Source of the DNA: Octopus bimaculoides
Lineage: Eukaryota
Length of the DNA: 64,000 nucleotides
Direction: 5' to 3'
Assembly: GCF_001194135.2 (NCBI RefSeq)
Contig: NC_068998.1
Coordinates: 33,480,538 to 33,544,537 of the forward strand
Of the stretch, positions 25,756 through 39,119 are shown one piece after another (within the stretch, counting starts at the first letter, position 1; every line of letters starts with the position of its first letter). The notes under the pieces are model-generated. The model made no database searches. It worked only from the letters and a program-made list of their open reading frames with translations, and had not been told where the DNA came from. The position numbers and the translations under genes were made by a program.

Positions 25756-28077
25756 TTCAGTAATATTATGTGACAAGATACACATGCAGAGTATTTTAGA
25801 ATAATTTTGAATATTTTTGCTATTTCACATACTGACCGAATTTTTAGAACATATTTCGAGTATCTCATATTGCCTGTTCAAATAAAATAATGTTCAACCA
25901 TTACTAACCAAATAAATAAAGCAGAAATAATTAAATAAAGACCATATAGAAGAGGTTTGGAATGAAACAACTGCCCATAAATGTTCATTGCAATTTTATG
26001 CTATGCTAACAATGTTGCAGAGAGAGTTAGATTTTACAAACGTACTAGTTTCATATTTTATTCAACAAAGGATTATATGAGTTTACATTTATTAGAAAAG
26101 TTGACTGGAATATTTCATAAGTACTATTTGTTTTGAAAGATGCACACATACCATATATCACTAGTTTTTTGACACATAACCACAGAGCAATTCTTTTTAC
26201 ATTTGCAATTTTAGTTTGTTTGCCCAATATCTTATTACCAAATAGCATAATAATGATTTTTGATGACATATTCGGTAACAGCAGGGTATGTTTCTTGTTC
26301 TTTGTAGAAGACCAAAAATACACCACACCAATATCCCATAACTGAAATGGTGTGTATTTTGAAAGCTAGACAATTTTGTTTATTCATATAATCTTTGTAG
26401 TCACTTCTTGACCTCAAGTTTCAAAAGCATATCCTATGATTTATTGTTTATTATTCTTAGTGTGACTATATCTCCATTGATATTAGTATCTGTTTCAAGT
26501 TTATATTATCCAAAACTATGGCTAACACTTTCTTGGTATACAGTATTTTTCTCCTAAAATGAAGATCATATCATTTGTTCAAAGTCATCAAGAATATTCT
26601 TAGATTCTGAGAGCTTCTTGAAAAATACATTCTAACATATAACAAGCTTTATTCCCCTCTTTTAATACAATCTTCAATTTACTGATTTTTTTTCTATTTG
26701 CTGTATGTTTAAGACACCCTATCTTAAAGACACCCTACTATGTTGAGAAGTTCTTTTCAATAATATTAAGCCTCCAGCCTTTTGTTTACCTCTGATATAA
26801 AGTTTATTAATATCATCATGTCTATAGAAGTGGATACACCCATACACTATATCAGCTTCAGGATGTGGTTAACTGATCCTGTAAAAGAACAGTGGTCACT
26901 CTAGTAACAGTAAAACAAACAGAAAAGTTGTGAGCCAGAGATTGAAGTAGTTTCATATTTGATTATTTGTCAGTTAGCTGAAAGATCTTTCAGAAGTAGT
27001 ATAGGATGTCAGTATAGCAGCAATTTTTTAAACAGTATTCCAAAATATATTGCTCTTGAGATCTATGGAGGATCATAAATATAAAGGCGGAAAATAATTT
27101 ATTGTGATAGAATTTTGTGAATTCTCTCTCTCACTTTCTTTCTGATCATTATTTTACAGTTCACATTTCATTTTGGTTAGGTTCCTATTGCTGCATACCC
27201 ATTCAAACTTCAGTTGCTTTACTTTGGCATGTCTTCAACAAAATATTTACAAGTTCACACTTTACAGAATGTACTGGGTGCATATTTTATGAGACTAGCA
27301 CTAGAGAGATAACCATGTCATTTGTACAACTAAAAACACCACACAACCTCATGTTTCTGCTCTCTCATCTGTCTTTTTACAGAGTTAGAAGTATGAGAGC
27401 GACATATTTATGAATATTAGTGATGAGAGGGATATGAGAATGTGGGATGACTGATAAGAAGTACTCAATATTCTGAGATAAGTACCAATATTCGATGCAA
27501 TATGGTTGACAAGCAACAAAGACAAGGGTTAAAGAGTGCAATATATGGCAAAAATTTAAAAAAATAGAGAAGCACTGATGTTCTTAGTTTAAACTAACAG
27601 TATACTGCAGTGCAATTGATAAGAGGAGTGGATAAGTGAGAGATGTAATAAGAGCATGAGCAAGAAAGATGAAATATAGTTGAAAGGGTGATAGGTGATA
27701 ATGGTATGGACAAAAGAGAGAGAGGCAAATGATAAAGCTATTTGATGCAAGGGACAAGAAAGATACAGGGATGGGTGATATAGGAGTTAGAGGCAATCAA
27801 AGAGGTCAATAATGTAGACTAGACATCAGGTAAACACTAACAGACAAATACATTAACACTGGTGCATAAATATAGATTATTCAGTTGTGGTGGTCAGTGG
27901 TTCAGAAATTTGTTGTTTTCTACTACACTCAAGAAAAACGATTTGTTATATATTACCACAGGCCATTAATCACAATCTAAAAAGAATTAGTCCAAAATTT
28001 CAAAGTTTTTGAATTTTTATTGAATTCTATCAAATCTCATAAATGTTATTCTCTTCTTCATAACTATATACATATAT

Positions 28078-28079
28078 TA

Positions 28080-28115
<36 letters not shown>

Positions 28116-28206
28116 TGTATGTATGTATGTATGTATGTATGTATGCATGCATATGTGTATATGTATATATACATGTGTGTGTGTATACACACACACATTT
28201 GCAGGG

Positions 28207-28256
<50 letters not shown>
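28078..28256. repeat. Compound (TATG)n/(TA)n/(TG)n microsatellite
   Basis: Direct reading. Confidence 0.95.
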
Positions 28257-28257
<1 letters not shown>

Positions 28258-29129
28258 CTAAAATGTGAGGAAAACCACTGAAATAGAAGTTTGAATATAC
28301 ATATATTCATGTATATATGTCTCAGACTAAACAGTACATTATAAATAAAATTTGATGGATGGAAACATACTGGATGCTTTTTTATTATGTATACACACAC
28401 ATGCACGCATGCATGCATACATATATACACACATTTTTGTAAATATGTGTGTATAAATAGAAATGCCACTTCTACTGTTAAGTTTAGAGCTCCATGTAGA
28501 TTATCATCACCAAGTTTGCTTCCAGTATAGTGGTTAAGCAACTACTATACTTAATAGCATTACTAGTTATGATTTACAAAACATGTTTAGGAGAAATTAT
28601 GCTAAACACATGTTTATATTATTAGTTCTTACGTATGTTTCACCATCCTAGTTTTTTTTTTTAATGTGCATTGGATATTCCCTAGTGCAATTGTATGCTT
28701 AACCAAATGGATAATCAGGGGATATTTTATTGCACTATGTCACAGAGAACTAATGAGACAAACAAGCAAATAGTACACAGAGTCAAACAAGTGAAAGCAC
28801 ATATCTGAAAAAGTGTAGATATATAAAGCAAGAAAAACAACAATCAATGCAGGGAAGAATGAAATCAAATACACCAAAGAAACACGTGCACATACGTAAA
28901 ATCTAATGTCATGAGTCCCCATCCCACTGATACTTTCCCTTCCTCACTAATTCCCTCTCTGTTTCTTTCCCTCTTTATTCTTCTCTTTATTTTTTAAACT
29001 TTTTCTCCTCCCCTTTCAATCTTCCTACTTTTTCCTTCTTGAATTCCACCCTTGTCCATCCCACTACTTAACTTTAGTGTGACCCAGATTGTGCATTCAT
29101 GCAACCATGACGGCATCTATATACCTGTA

Positions 29130-29130
29130 C

Positions 29131-29202
<72 letters not shown>
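29130..29202. repeat. (TATC)n microsatellite
   Basis: Direct reading. Confidence 0.95.
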
Positions 29203-29224
29203 GCCAAACAAAATGCTAAGTAGA

Positions 29225-30410
29225 TTATGTCATTGCATTATTTACTTTTGAAACAATAATATATGAATCTGAGGGTGCCTCCACACTATTTGAAAGCTTA
29301 ACTAAAACATATGTATAAATGATCGTAATTAAATTAAAGAAATAGTTTAAAATCTCACCTTTGTAGGTTTCATGCATATCAAAGAAAAAACCCTCCATAC
29401 CTTTAGCCTGAAACTGCATGCAACTCGAAGTTGGTTCTTTACATGCATTCTTAATAGTTTGATTCTTATGGATTTTTGGGAGATTGTAGAAGTAGCTAGT
29501 CTTGCTATCAAAATGGGATAGGTAGTCACATTCTTTGTTTATTGAACCTTTTTGATTTAACGTAGCAGGGAACCTACACACATTTATAAGACTGTAATGT
29601 GACTATCCTCTACCAATCAAATCCTATTCAAAGCATATATTAATTTGAGCCATGAACTTCCTATAAAAATGGGGCAAACTTCAAATACTAGTCAAAAGCT
29701 GCAACATGAGCCACGTCTTTCCTTTTTAACCTTTTTGAAAATCAGTGTAAACTGTGAAACCAGTGAAAGCTTCAAATACATTAATAAAGAATGCTTTAAC
29801 TATTCTCAGGGCATTTTCAACTTCTATTTTTCCTATATTTCTACCCGTCTGGAATAAAATAGAGAGTCAACAATTATTGAAAAGGTTGCAAGATGCAATG
29901 AAAATTTTGGAAAAATAAATAAGCAAATGAGTGGAAATTTTACCAGTAAGTGTGTTAAATTATAATGCACTAAAAGAGAATGACTCTCCTCAGACAAAAT
30001 GGAATAAAATAACTTTCTGTTATATATATATATATATATAAGGTTGAGGAGGGTATTGGATTTAACCAAACCCAAGAGGATACAGGTAATACCGAGTAAG
30101 TGCTGTATACCGATTAGTTTGCCCCAGTCGTTGTATGAACAGGATTGGGGATTATAAGTCGTGTATTAGCGTGTGTATATGTAAATATATAAAAATAAAA
30201 AGATAAAGAAAGCAATGGTAAGGTTGGAGAAGTATTTTATGGATAGAGTCTTACAGCTGTTTCTGGGAAGATCCAGTACTTCCCTTCATCGGAGACGGAA
30301 AAAATAAAGTAATATATTATTATATCCATAGGCGGATATTTTTAGTATGAAGTGGTAAAGAGTGTGATGCGCTGAAAAAAGAGAGAACAGTACTTGAAGT
30401 GTAGTTTCAT
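29225..30410 (-). mobile_element. Penelope-like element, 5' part (terminus with hammerhead plus decayed RT N-terminus)
   Basis: Minus strand KTSYFYNLPKIHKNQ (PLE FYGLPKIHK motif), YLKFAP upstream, hammerhead-like motif at 30248-30296. Confidence 0.75.
30248..30296 (-). ncRNA. Type I hammerhead-like motif with CCGAUGA core
   Basis: GUCU-CCGAUGA-A-GGGAAG(uacuggau)CUUCCC-A-GAAACAGCUGUA-AGAC. Stems I and II are perfect, stem III is palindromic, triplet GUA. Confidence 0.7.
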
Positions 30411-31011
30411 TCCNNNNNNNNNNNNNNNNNNNNNNNNNNNNNNNNNNNNNNNNNNNNNNNNNNNNNNNNNNNNNNNNNNNNNNNNNNNNNNNNNNNNNNN
30501 NNNNNNNNNNNNNNNNNNNNNNNNNNNNNNNNNNNNNNNNNNNNNNNNNNNNNNNNNNNNNNNNNNNNNNNNNNNNNNNNNNNNNNNNNNNNNNNNNNNN
30601 NNNNNNNNNNNNNNNNNNNNNNNNNNNNNNNNNNNNNNNNNNNNNNNNNNNNNNNNNNNNNNNNNNNNNNNNNNNNNNNNNNNNNNNNNNNNNNNNNNNN
30701 NNNNNNNNNNNNNNNNNNNNNNNNNNNNNNNNNNNNNNNNNNNNNNNNNNNNNNNNNNNNNNNNNNNNNNNNNNNNNNNNNNNNNNNNNNNNNNNNNNNN
30801 NNNNNNNNNNNNNNNNNNNNNNNNNNNNNNNNNNNNNNNNNNNNNNNNNNNNNNNNNNNNNNNNNNNNNNNNNNNNNNNNNNNNNNNNNNNNNNNNNNNN
30901 NNNNNNNNNNNNNNNTTTGCATGTCTCTGTACATAATCTGTCTTATATAAAACAGATTCATTAATATATGTATGTAATAGTGAGACTGTTTTAGATATAA
31001 TTATATGCATT

Positions 31012-31055
<44 letters not shown>

Positions 31056-31061
<6 letters not shown>

Positions 31062-32179
31062 GTCATCTCATAAATAATGTGGTTCTTTTCAATTGCGTGA
31101 ACTAAAAGTCAGAGAGGACATGGTAATATTCAGCATATTTTACTTTAAGAGTTCAATAAAGGTAACAATGCAATGGAAAGTGTGAGGAATATTAATGCAG
31201 TATATGGGGATTGGAAAATAAGTCTAAGCCAGTGTCAACAGTGGTTCACGAAATTCTGAGTCAGAAGACAAACCTAGTCCTGAAAAATCTATAGAGCTTG
31301 ACAAGGATGTCCAGTAAACACTGGTGGAACAGAATCCCATTGTAACTGCTGAAGATAGAGAAGCTTGGTTTTGGTCATTCAACCATACATCAACACCTGC
31401 GTACCATCAGAAAAGTCAGCAAATTGGGTCAATGGGTTCCTTGCAAACTTTCCAAGTCTAATCGCACACAAAGAGTGAATGTGTGCTCTTCTTTGCTGTC
31501 ACATCTCACGAATGAACACTTTTTTGATCGAATAGTGACTGGTGATAAGAAATGGGTTTTCAATAAAAATATCAAGTGCTGAAGACAGTAGTTTGGGAAA
31601 GGAGAAACACCAGCACCCCAGGCTAAAGAGGGTCTCCACCTATGTAAGATGTTGTTATCTGTTTGGTGGGATATGAAAGGCTTTGTCCACTTTGAACTTT
31701 GAAACCCAAACCAAATGATAACAAAGGAGAGCTACTGTGAGCAGCTTAAGTCCGTGGTAGAAGGTAAATGACCATCTTTGGTTTGAAAAGGAAGGGTGTT
31801 CTTTCATCAGGATAATACTCAGCCACATACAGCAAGGATGACATTCCAAAGACAGGAGCAGTTTGAATGGGAAACGATGCCCCACCCACCATATTTGCCA
31901 GACATTTCCCCATCTGATTATAATTTATTCCACAGTCTTCAAAATCATTTGCATGGAAAAAATATGAATTCTGTAGACGAGGTCAGAACAGTACTTAAGA
32001 AGTATCCTTCATCATGGACCAATGAATTTTGGAAGAGGTGCCTTCAAAGTCTACCAGATAAATGGAAGAGCATTGTAGGAAATGAAGGAGAGTATATTTT
32101 AGATTTAAAAACAACTTTATCTTAATTTTGAAAAAAAAGAAGTAGTATAAAGAAAATCGCTTTATTGGATGACCCAATA
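31056..32179 (+). mobile_element. Mariner (DD34D) transposon, inactive, with TIRs, inserted in (TA)n
   Basis: IVTGDKKWV, LLSVWWDMKG, FHQDNTQPHTA, HPPYLPDISPSDYNLF, SLPDKWKSIVGNEGEY. TIRs tattgtgtcatctcataaa / tttattggatgacccaata; TA on both sides. Confidence 0.92.
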
Positions 32180-32718
32180 TANNNNNNNNNNNNNNNNNNN
32201 NNNNNNNNNNNNNNNNNNNNNNNNNNNNNNNNNNNNNNNNNNNNNNNNNNNNNNNNNNNNNNNNNNNNNNNNNNNNNNNNNNNNNNNNNNNNNNTATATA
32301 TATATTAGTTTATGTATATATTAATATTATCTCAGTTTAAAAAAAAACCTTGACAATGTAAATATGTTAATAGTTACCATGGGTAGCAAAAATTACACAA
32401 AAAACCAGGATATCACACCCATTTTATAGGTAGAGATACCAAGTTAAAGTGATGCATTTTGAGTAGATATGAATAATAACAATAAATGGAGCAAGACGCA
32501 TATAAATAAAAGTTCCTTTAATTCCTACATATGTTTCAAAATATGTGTGCTCTACTCCAAAGAAGTAAGAGCTGCTGGAATTCCACATTTATCCATTGTC
32601 AGGGAACCAACATATAGAAGCAAGACAAATTCTCTCCTTGTAAGCGTGTACATTATTATTATTATTAGTAGTATTATTAGTATTAGTATTATTATTTCTC
32701 AACTAAATATCCTGTACC

Positions 32719-32797
32719 TTGTTTTACCATTAACTTGCGTTAATATCCGTATAATATATTATTATACGGATATTAACGCAAGTTAATGGTAAAACAA
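32719..32797. repeat. Perfect 79-bp palindrome (38-bp arms, 3-nt spacer)
   Basis: ttgttttaccattaacttgcgttaatatccgtataata-tat-tattatacggatattaacgcaagttaatggtaaaacaa. Confidence 0.95.
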
Positions 32798-32799
32798 AT

Positions 32800-33840
32800 C
32801 AAACCATTTACTAGTTGACATCTACTTCTAGTTTTGCTTAGTGGCTAGAAAACCCTACATATCCACCTCAGTAAGCGTTGACAACCCAATCTACACTTGT
32901 TTATTATCTTTTTTATGTCCACTTTATTATTTACACCCACCCACCTCATTCTAAGTCTGGCATCTGCCCTGTTTATTCTCTCTTTTATTCTCTCTCCTAT
33001 CTTTACATTTGTATCACCTAATTTCTTTGGATAGGAATACCAATTTACTAACCCTTTCTACTCTTACCCTCTACATTCTCAAGACAATACTACCCCTCAT
33101 TATATTGCTTCATAAACATCTAGTACAATTCCCTTATCTATTCATCTATCTATCTTATACCAGAATATATCATTCATTCCTCCCTCTTCTCTCAGAACTG
33201 GATATCCTTTGATATACCGAACAGTATATATCTAATACAATGCTCTTATCTATCTATCTTTTCTCACACCAGAATGTATTATTTATTCCTCCTTTCAATA
33301 TTCACACAACTGTGGAATTGCTAGCATTCATTCTCCCTCTGGAATGACTACCCCTCAATATACTGAACAATATATATATCCAATTCATACCCCTTACCCA
33401 TCTTTCTTTTCTCTCACCAGAATGTATCTTTATTCTTCCTCTCAGTATTTGCCCAACTTTGGATCTGCTAGCATTCCTTTTTATTTTCCTTCAGCATGGA
33501 GCACTGCATGGCCATTCTTTCATTCCTCTCACCATGCCGGACTATCTAACATTCCTTTCTGATCGTGGACTTACCTAAAGAAGACCTGATCTAACTGGAT
33601 TTAATTGGCTCTTCCCACCCTCCTGGACATAATGAAGAATGTTTCTCATTGATGAGGAACCTTCTTCCATTGACTAACCCATATCTCTCCGATGACGGAA
33701 TACCCAACTTACAGAGACTTCACTCAATATGATGCTCCAGTAGCTGAGATATCCCAGAAACAGCTGTCAGAGACTATCTTTACTGTTTTGTACTATTTTT
33801 ACCATTCATTGTGTAGCTAAATTTTAGATGTAATTAAATG
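32800..33840 (+). mobile_element. Penelope-like 3' region with imperfect internal repeats and a terminal hammerhead
   Basis: Three diverged tct(t)...accagaat(g/a)tat units at about 33140, 33250 and 33400; hammerhead-like motif at 33684. Confidence 0.45.
33684..33773 (+). ncRNA. Type I hammerhead-like motif with CCGAUGA core and long loop II
   Basis: UCUCU-CCGAUGA-C-GGAAUA...UAUCCC-A-GAAACAGCUGUC-AGAGA. Perfect 5-bp stem I, triplet GUC. Confidence 0.7.
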
Positions 33841-34005
33841 AAATTAAATGTCCTTGTCCTGCATTGCCTAATTGTTTGCCTTTCCTCACTACTTTAACAT
33901 ATATGTATAAATTTAAATAATAAGGGTGAAAAATTGAATATTAATTTGATTAATATTAGTGGCCCAGCATATTGAAAAATCTGAAGATTCAGAAAAATTA
34001 TATTA

Positions 34006-34240
34006 CATACATATAAGAGGGATGACCACTAAGTAGACATCCAGTATGCTAGATGTAGATCCCATATGGTCTGACCAATAAGAAAAGATTGTTCTCAAGA
34101 AAATTCAGCAAACGCCAAAACAGAATACTGGTGTTTGCTGAATTTTCTTGAGAACAATCTTTTCTTAATGGTTAGACCATATGGGGTCTACACCTAGCAT
34201 AATGGATGTCCCCTTAGTGGCCATCCCTCTTATATGTATG
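34006..34240. mobile_element. Foldback/MITE-like palindrome, 112-bp arms, 11-nt loop
   Basis: Arms differ at about 9 of 112 positions by eye; embedded in TA/CATA repeats. Confidence 0.85.
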
Positions 34241-34729
34241 CATGTATGTATNNNNNNNNNNNNNNNNNNNNNNNNNNNNNNNNNNNNNNNNNNNNNNNNN
34301 NNNNNNNNNNNNNNNNNNNNNNNNNNNNNNNNNNNNNNNNNNNNNNNNNNNNNNNNNNNNNNNNNNNNNNNNNNNNNNNNNNNNNNNNNNNNNNNNNNNN
34401 NNNNNNNNNNNNNNNNNNNNNNNNNNNNNNNNNNNNNNNNNNNNNNNNNNNNNNNNNNNNNNNNNNNNNNNNNNNNNNNNNNNNNNNNNNNNNNNNNNNN
34501 NNNNNNNNNNNNNNNNNNNNNNNNNNNNNNNNNNNNNNNNNNNNNNNNNNNNNNNNNNNNNNNNNNNNNNNNNNNNNNNNNNNNNNNNNNNNNNNNNNNN
34601 NNNNNNNNNNNNNNNNNNNNNNNNNNNNNNNNNNNNNNNNNNNNNNNNNNNNNNNNNNNNNNNNNNNNNNNNNNNNNNNNNNNNNNNNNNNNNNNNNNNN
34701 NNNNNNNNNNNNNNNNNNNNNNNNNNNNN

Positions 34730-35017
34730 CGAATGCCGGACCAATGGACCATACATACATATGTATATGTATATGGGAGAATTTACGAAAAAAACAACAG
34801 ACGAGGACAGGTGGTGTAAACAGCAAATGGATGTATTAGTTTAACGCTTGGGAATAGAGAAAGTCTTTAATGTTTCGAGCTACGCTCTTCAACTGAAAGG
34901 AACACAGAAAGAAATAAGGAGAAAAACAAGGAGAAAAAAAATATAAATGTAGTGGTCTGCGATCTATCATGGCGAATGCCGGACCAATGGACCATACATA
35001 CATATGTATATGTATGT
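34730..35017 (-). repeat. About 243-bp unit bounded by a direct repeat and containing a hammerhead-shaped motif (34865-34899)
   Basis: cgaatgccggaccaatggaccatacatacatatgtatatgtat occurs at 34730 and 34973. Between them on minus: CUUU-CAGUUGA-A-GAGC(gua)GCUC-GAAACAUU-AAAG. Confidence 0.6.
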
Positions 35018-35029
35018 ATTTGTATATGT

Positions 35030-35237
35030 TTCTGTGCATGTGTTTGTCCCCACTACATTGCCTGACAACCGATGCTAGTGTGTTTACGTCTCTGTAACTT
35101 AGCAGTTCAGTAAAAGTAACAATAGAATAAGTATTAGGCTTACAAAGAATAAATCCTGGGGTGTATTTGCTTGACTAAAGATGGTGCTCCAGCATGACCA
35201 CAATCAAATGAGTGAAACAACTAAAACAAAACAAAAG
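35030..35237 (+). mobile_element. SINE family 1, 3' half
   Basis: gtaacttagcagttcagtaaaag...ggcttacaaagaataaatcctgggg...gtgctccagcatgacc. Confidence 0.8.
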
Positions 35238-35242
35238 AAAGA

Positions 35243-35273
<31 letters not shown>

Positions 35274-35469
35274 TATTTGTGTGTACATACATACATGTAT
35301 ATTTCTATTTATATATATAAAACACATCATACAGACACTCACATCCTCTCTCTCTCTCACACACACACATATTTTATTAATGAGAGAGATGGAAGATGGA
35401 AGATATGAGAATGTCTATTAATCACTACAATTGTTTTGACCCATCATACATCAGTCCCTCATGGGTGGG

Positions 35470-35524
35470 ATACTTACCAATTGGTTTAGGAGTATCCATT
35501 TATGTAGATGCATCTCTTCAGGTG
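35470..35524 (-). ncRNA. Degenerate hammerhead-like motif
   Basis: CUGAAGA...GAUACUCC-(U)AAACCAAUUGGUA. Palindromic stem III ACCAAUUGGU and GUA triplet; G12 is mutated. Confidence 0.4.
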
Positions 35525-38500
35525 ATTACATGATGTGTCTCATTAAAATAATGACTGTTCTGCAAGATGTCTTCTTGGTTTGAATATAAAAAAGCAGCAA
35601 GTTAAGGGATACAGTCTCATTTTTATACATGTATGCACACATTTATATGTATGTATATGGGTGAAATGTGTGTGTGTGCATGTGCATGTATTTATGAGTG
35701 TACACATTTCTTTCCTACTATATGCATGAATAAAATTCATTGCATAAAGTTCTGAAAAAAATATACAATTGAATTATCTATCTAACCTATTGTTAAATAA
35801 TAAAATAACTGAATAAACTATTGTTTTACAATCAAAAGGAAAAATAAAAGCAACTAATAATGAAATAGTTTGGAGCAAATCACTATGCCCTTTGGATGAG
35901 ATGAAAACTTCACAAAAAAATTATCTTTTCATCTATATCTGTAAATATTTATGTATTTAAATATGAAAACAATAATCTTATTTCAGAATAGTTCTCTAAG
36001 GAAAACCAAAAAGTAAAAGATATAAATAGCATGTTTCTTTTAGTAGCTTTTTTTCTTCTGAAGGATATTTTACTTTTTTCAAAGGCAAAAAACGCTAGCA
36101 AACTATTGTTTGCTGCTTGGAGATAATCCTCAAGAGTTTTAAAATATTTTTAAAGAATGCTTTAAATGAAGACTTTTCTTTAATATTCTTTAATGGAATT
36201 ATTTCAAAATTGTATTATCACATAAAAAAAAAAAGAAATTAATATAATTCATTCCATGATTCCCATCTTACAAATGTTTTAGTCCTCCGGTATTGATAGA
36301 TGTGAACAAATCTTCCTTTATGCATAATTTAGGCATTTTTACTTGTATGCATTATCTTTTCTAGAAAATGCCAATGAATAAACATTTCACTTTTTATGTC
36401 AGACACTTTATTTTCTTAAAAATATTCTTTGCATTATTATTTTCACAATTATCAATAAAATTTCCTTTTTCTTTTTTCAATTTTTTGCATCTCTGAAAAT
36501 ATTCTTGGAATAGGTAAGTCCACATAATTTGAATATTTTTCAATTGATCCAGTATGACTGTAGTATTCTACTATTTTCAAATTCATTGTTGCTATGAAGA
36601 GTTTATCTAATTAATAAAATTATTTCTTAAAATTTCGGTAACTAATATAGTTTTATTTTAATAATTTTGATTCATTTGGATTTTGAAAAAACAAAAACAA
36701 AAAGAAGACTAATTTATTTCAAAATGTGGAGAATTAATTTTAATCTATTTTATAAAAGATTTATTGTGTTTTAATGTAATAGTATTTCAATTATATGCTA
36801 ATATTGATCTTTAAGTATTCTGGGTATCTTTTATCAAATGCCAAGAAAGTCAATATACAATGAATATGACATTAAATTGTTCAGGTTTTTCAGTATATCA
36901 TGTATATTATCTGCTGTAAATATATCATGTTTTTTTTTTCAGTTTATGATAATCTTCATATTGACTTATGCATAAGTCACATTTGAGATAATATTTTATC
37001 AGTTAAAGGTTGGGTTTTGACAAAATGTGTGCATAAAATCAGTTTTGCATGCTTTTTTAATAATCCTTAAAAAGAAGATCTTATTTTGTTCATGTATGCA
37101 TGTATATTAATATTTTCTTGAAGTGTGGCAAACATTACTATACCAGATCCACGATATAGATTCAACCTTTTGTTAATATCATTCTACCTTTTGTTGAGAC
37201 TACATTTGATTATGCTACTGATACTTTGTGGTGAAAGTACAGAGATCAAAATGTCCTTGTGATACATTTTTATCAAACTGTGTAAACTTGTGCCTATCAG
37301 AAAAAAAAAAAGAAAAAAATGTCAATATTGTTTTAGTTGCAGATTTGCACCTTGAATTAAAGTTCTATTTTATCATTGATAGTGTCCAACAGATTTTGTA
37401 TGTCATATAGCTTACCAAATTTTGTGAGAAACAAAATTACATTTTACATGTTTTAAATTTTAATCAGTGAAATTCTTAAATAAACTGATGTTTTCATATA
37501 GAGAAATGGAACAGTTGACTGAAGTTTTTCTTTGCCGTGTATTCTGCGATGACAAATATATTTTATGTATGGTATGTTCAGTAGTAATTTCATATGTAAA
37601 TAACTACGTCAAGTCCTTGATAAAGTTTCCTTGCATCATGTTTCAACTATGATCCCTTACTTTGCTCACTTCACCTCACTTATCTTAGCACATGCTATTT
37701 TATTCCATACAGAAAATCTTGGATTATTCAGAAGTTGTTCACCTTTATCAAATTGCAGATGTAAAAGGAATGATCTCTTGTGAAACCTGTCAGTTTCTTT
37801 GAAATTAACAATTGTTGTACTTTCATTTAGAATAGTTTTGAGATTAGCATTCTTCAATATTACTTATGGATTTCCCATGAATTATCTTTCCCCATTCTTT
37901 TCTGGATATTTCTTTAAAGTAACCACTATAAGAAAATTAAATTCTATGTCTCTTATCTTCACCTGATAAATTTGATACAGAGAATTATTATCACAAAGTA
38001 GACAACAGCTTTTTCTGACTTATAGTGGTTATACCATGAAGAAACAAGTCTCTTTTCAATTTTACCTCAATGTATTGCTACAGCGTTGATGAATGTCTTT
38101 CGATGTATACAGTTAAACTATCACTTACACAACAGTGTGTAGTCAGAAAACTGCATTTTTTCATTGAACTCCTTACTTCTTAATACTGTAATACCCTACA
38201 ATAACACAACTTAGAAACATACAAATGTAAGCATGAGCACACACACACTTCACACGCATACAAACACAGACACATTATCACTTTTTTGTTAATTTCTTCA
38301 TGTACCATTTCATAGTTAAGGACAGTATCCATTTGGTGATGAGTGTATTCTCCTGAAAAGCTCAATGTGCGCTGGAATATTGTGCATTTACTATTAGCCA
38401 CTGACCAAAGATCCAAGTTAGCAGATTCATTGTAAATATTGGCCAAAACAACTGAGAACTTTACTTTGTGGTTAGTTCATAAAATATTGCATTTTTAATG

Positions 38501-39022
38501 TACTAATATTCCATACATTAAATATGCCCACACCCACTAGACTAGTGCTTATCATGTGTATGAATCATCAGAAATATTTAATTTCTAGAGTAGTTCTATT
38601 TTTCTGCATCAATAAATATGTTTCTCTGTATATTTAGATTTTGATGTCAATGTCAGAGTCTGGGTGTGGCCATTGTACTTTTGAAATTGGTAGCTCCAAT
38701 TATTATCAATACTATTGATGAATAAATTATTGAAATAAATACCCTAGTTATTTATTTCAATAAATATCCAAGATATATCAATAATTTATATGTATGTGTA
38801 TATATATTAGAAAAAATAATAAGGTACTCAGATACCTGGATGGTTATATGTTTACATATTTTTATTACTATGTCACAGAATCTACTAGAATAGATGCAAA
38901 CGCTAATTTATAAAAACATGTGACATAGTAATAAAAATCTGTAAATGTACAACCATCCAGATATCTGAGTACCTTATTATTTTTTCTAATACATAATTCT
39001 TGTACATCACCTCCAAACCTTC

Positions 39023-39074
<52 letters not shown>

Positions 39075-39119
39075 GTGTATACATATATATAGGTATATAT
39101 ATATATATATAATTATTAT

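Noticed and set aside
35478-35499. Minus-strand start exon MDTPKPI(G)|gtaagt
   Set aside because: The sequence is better explained as the degenerate hammerhead/Penelope motif at 35470-35524.
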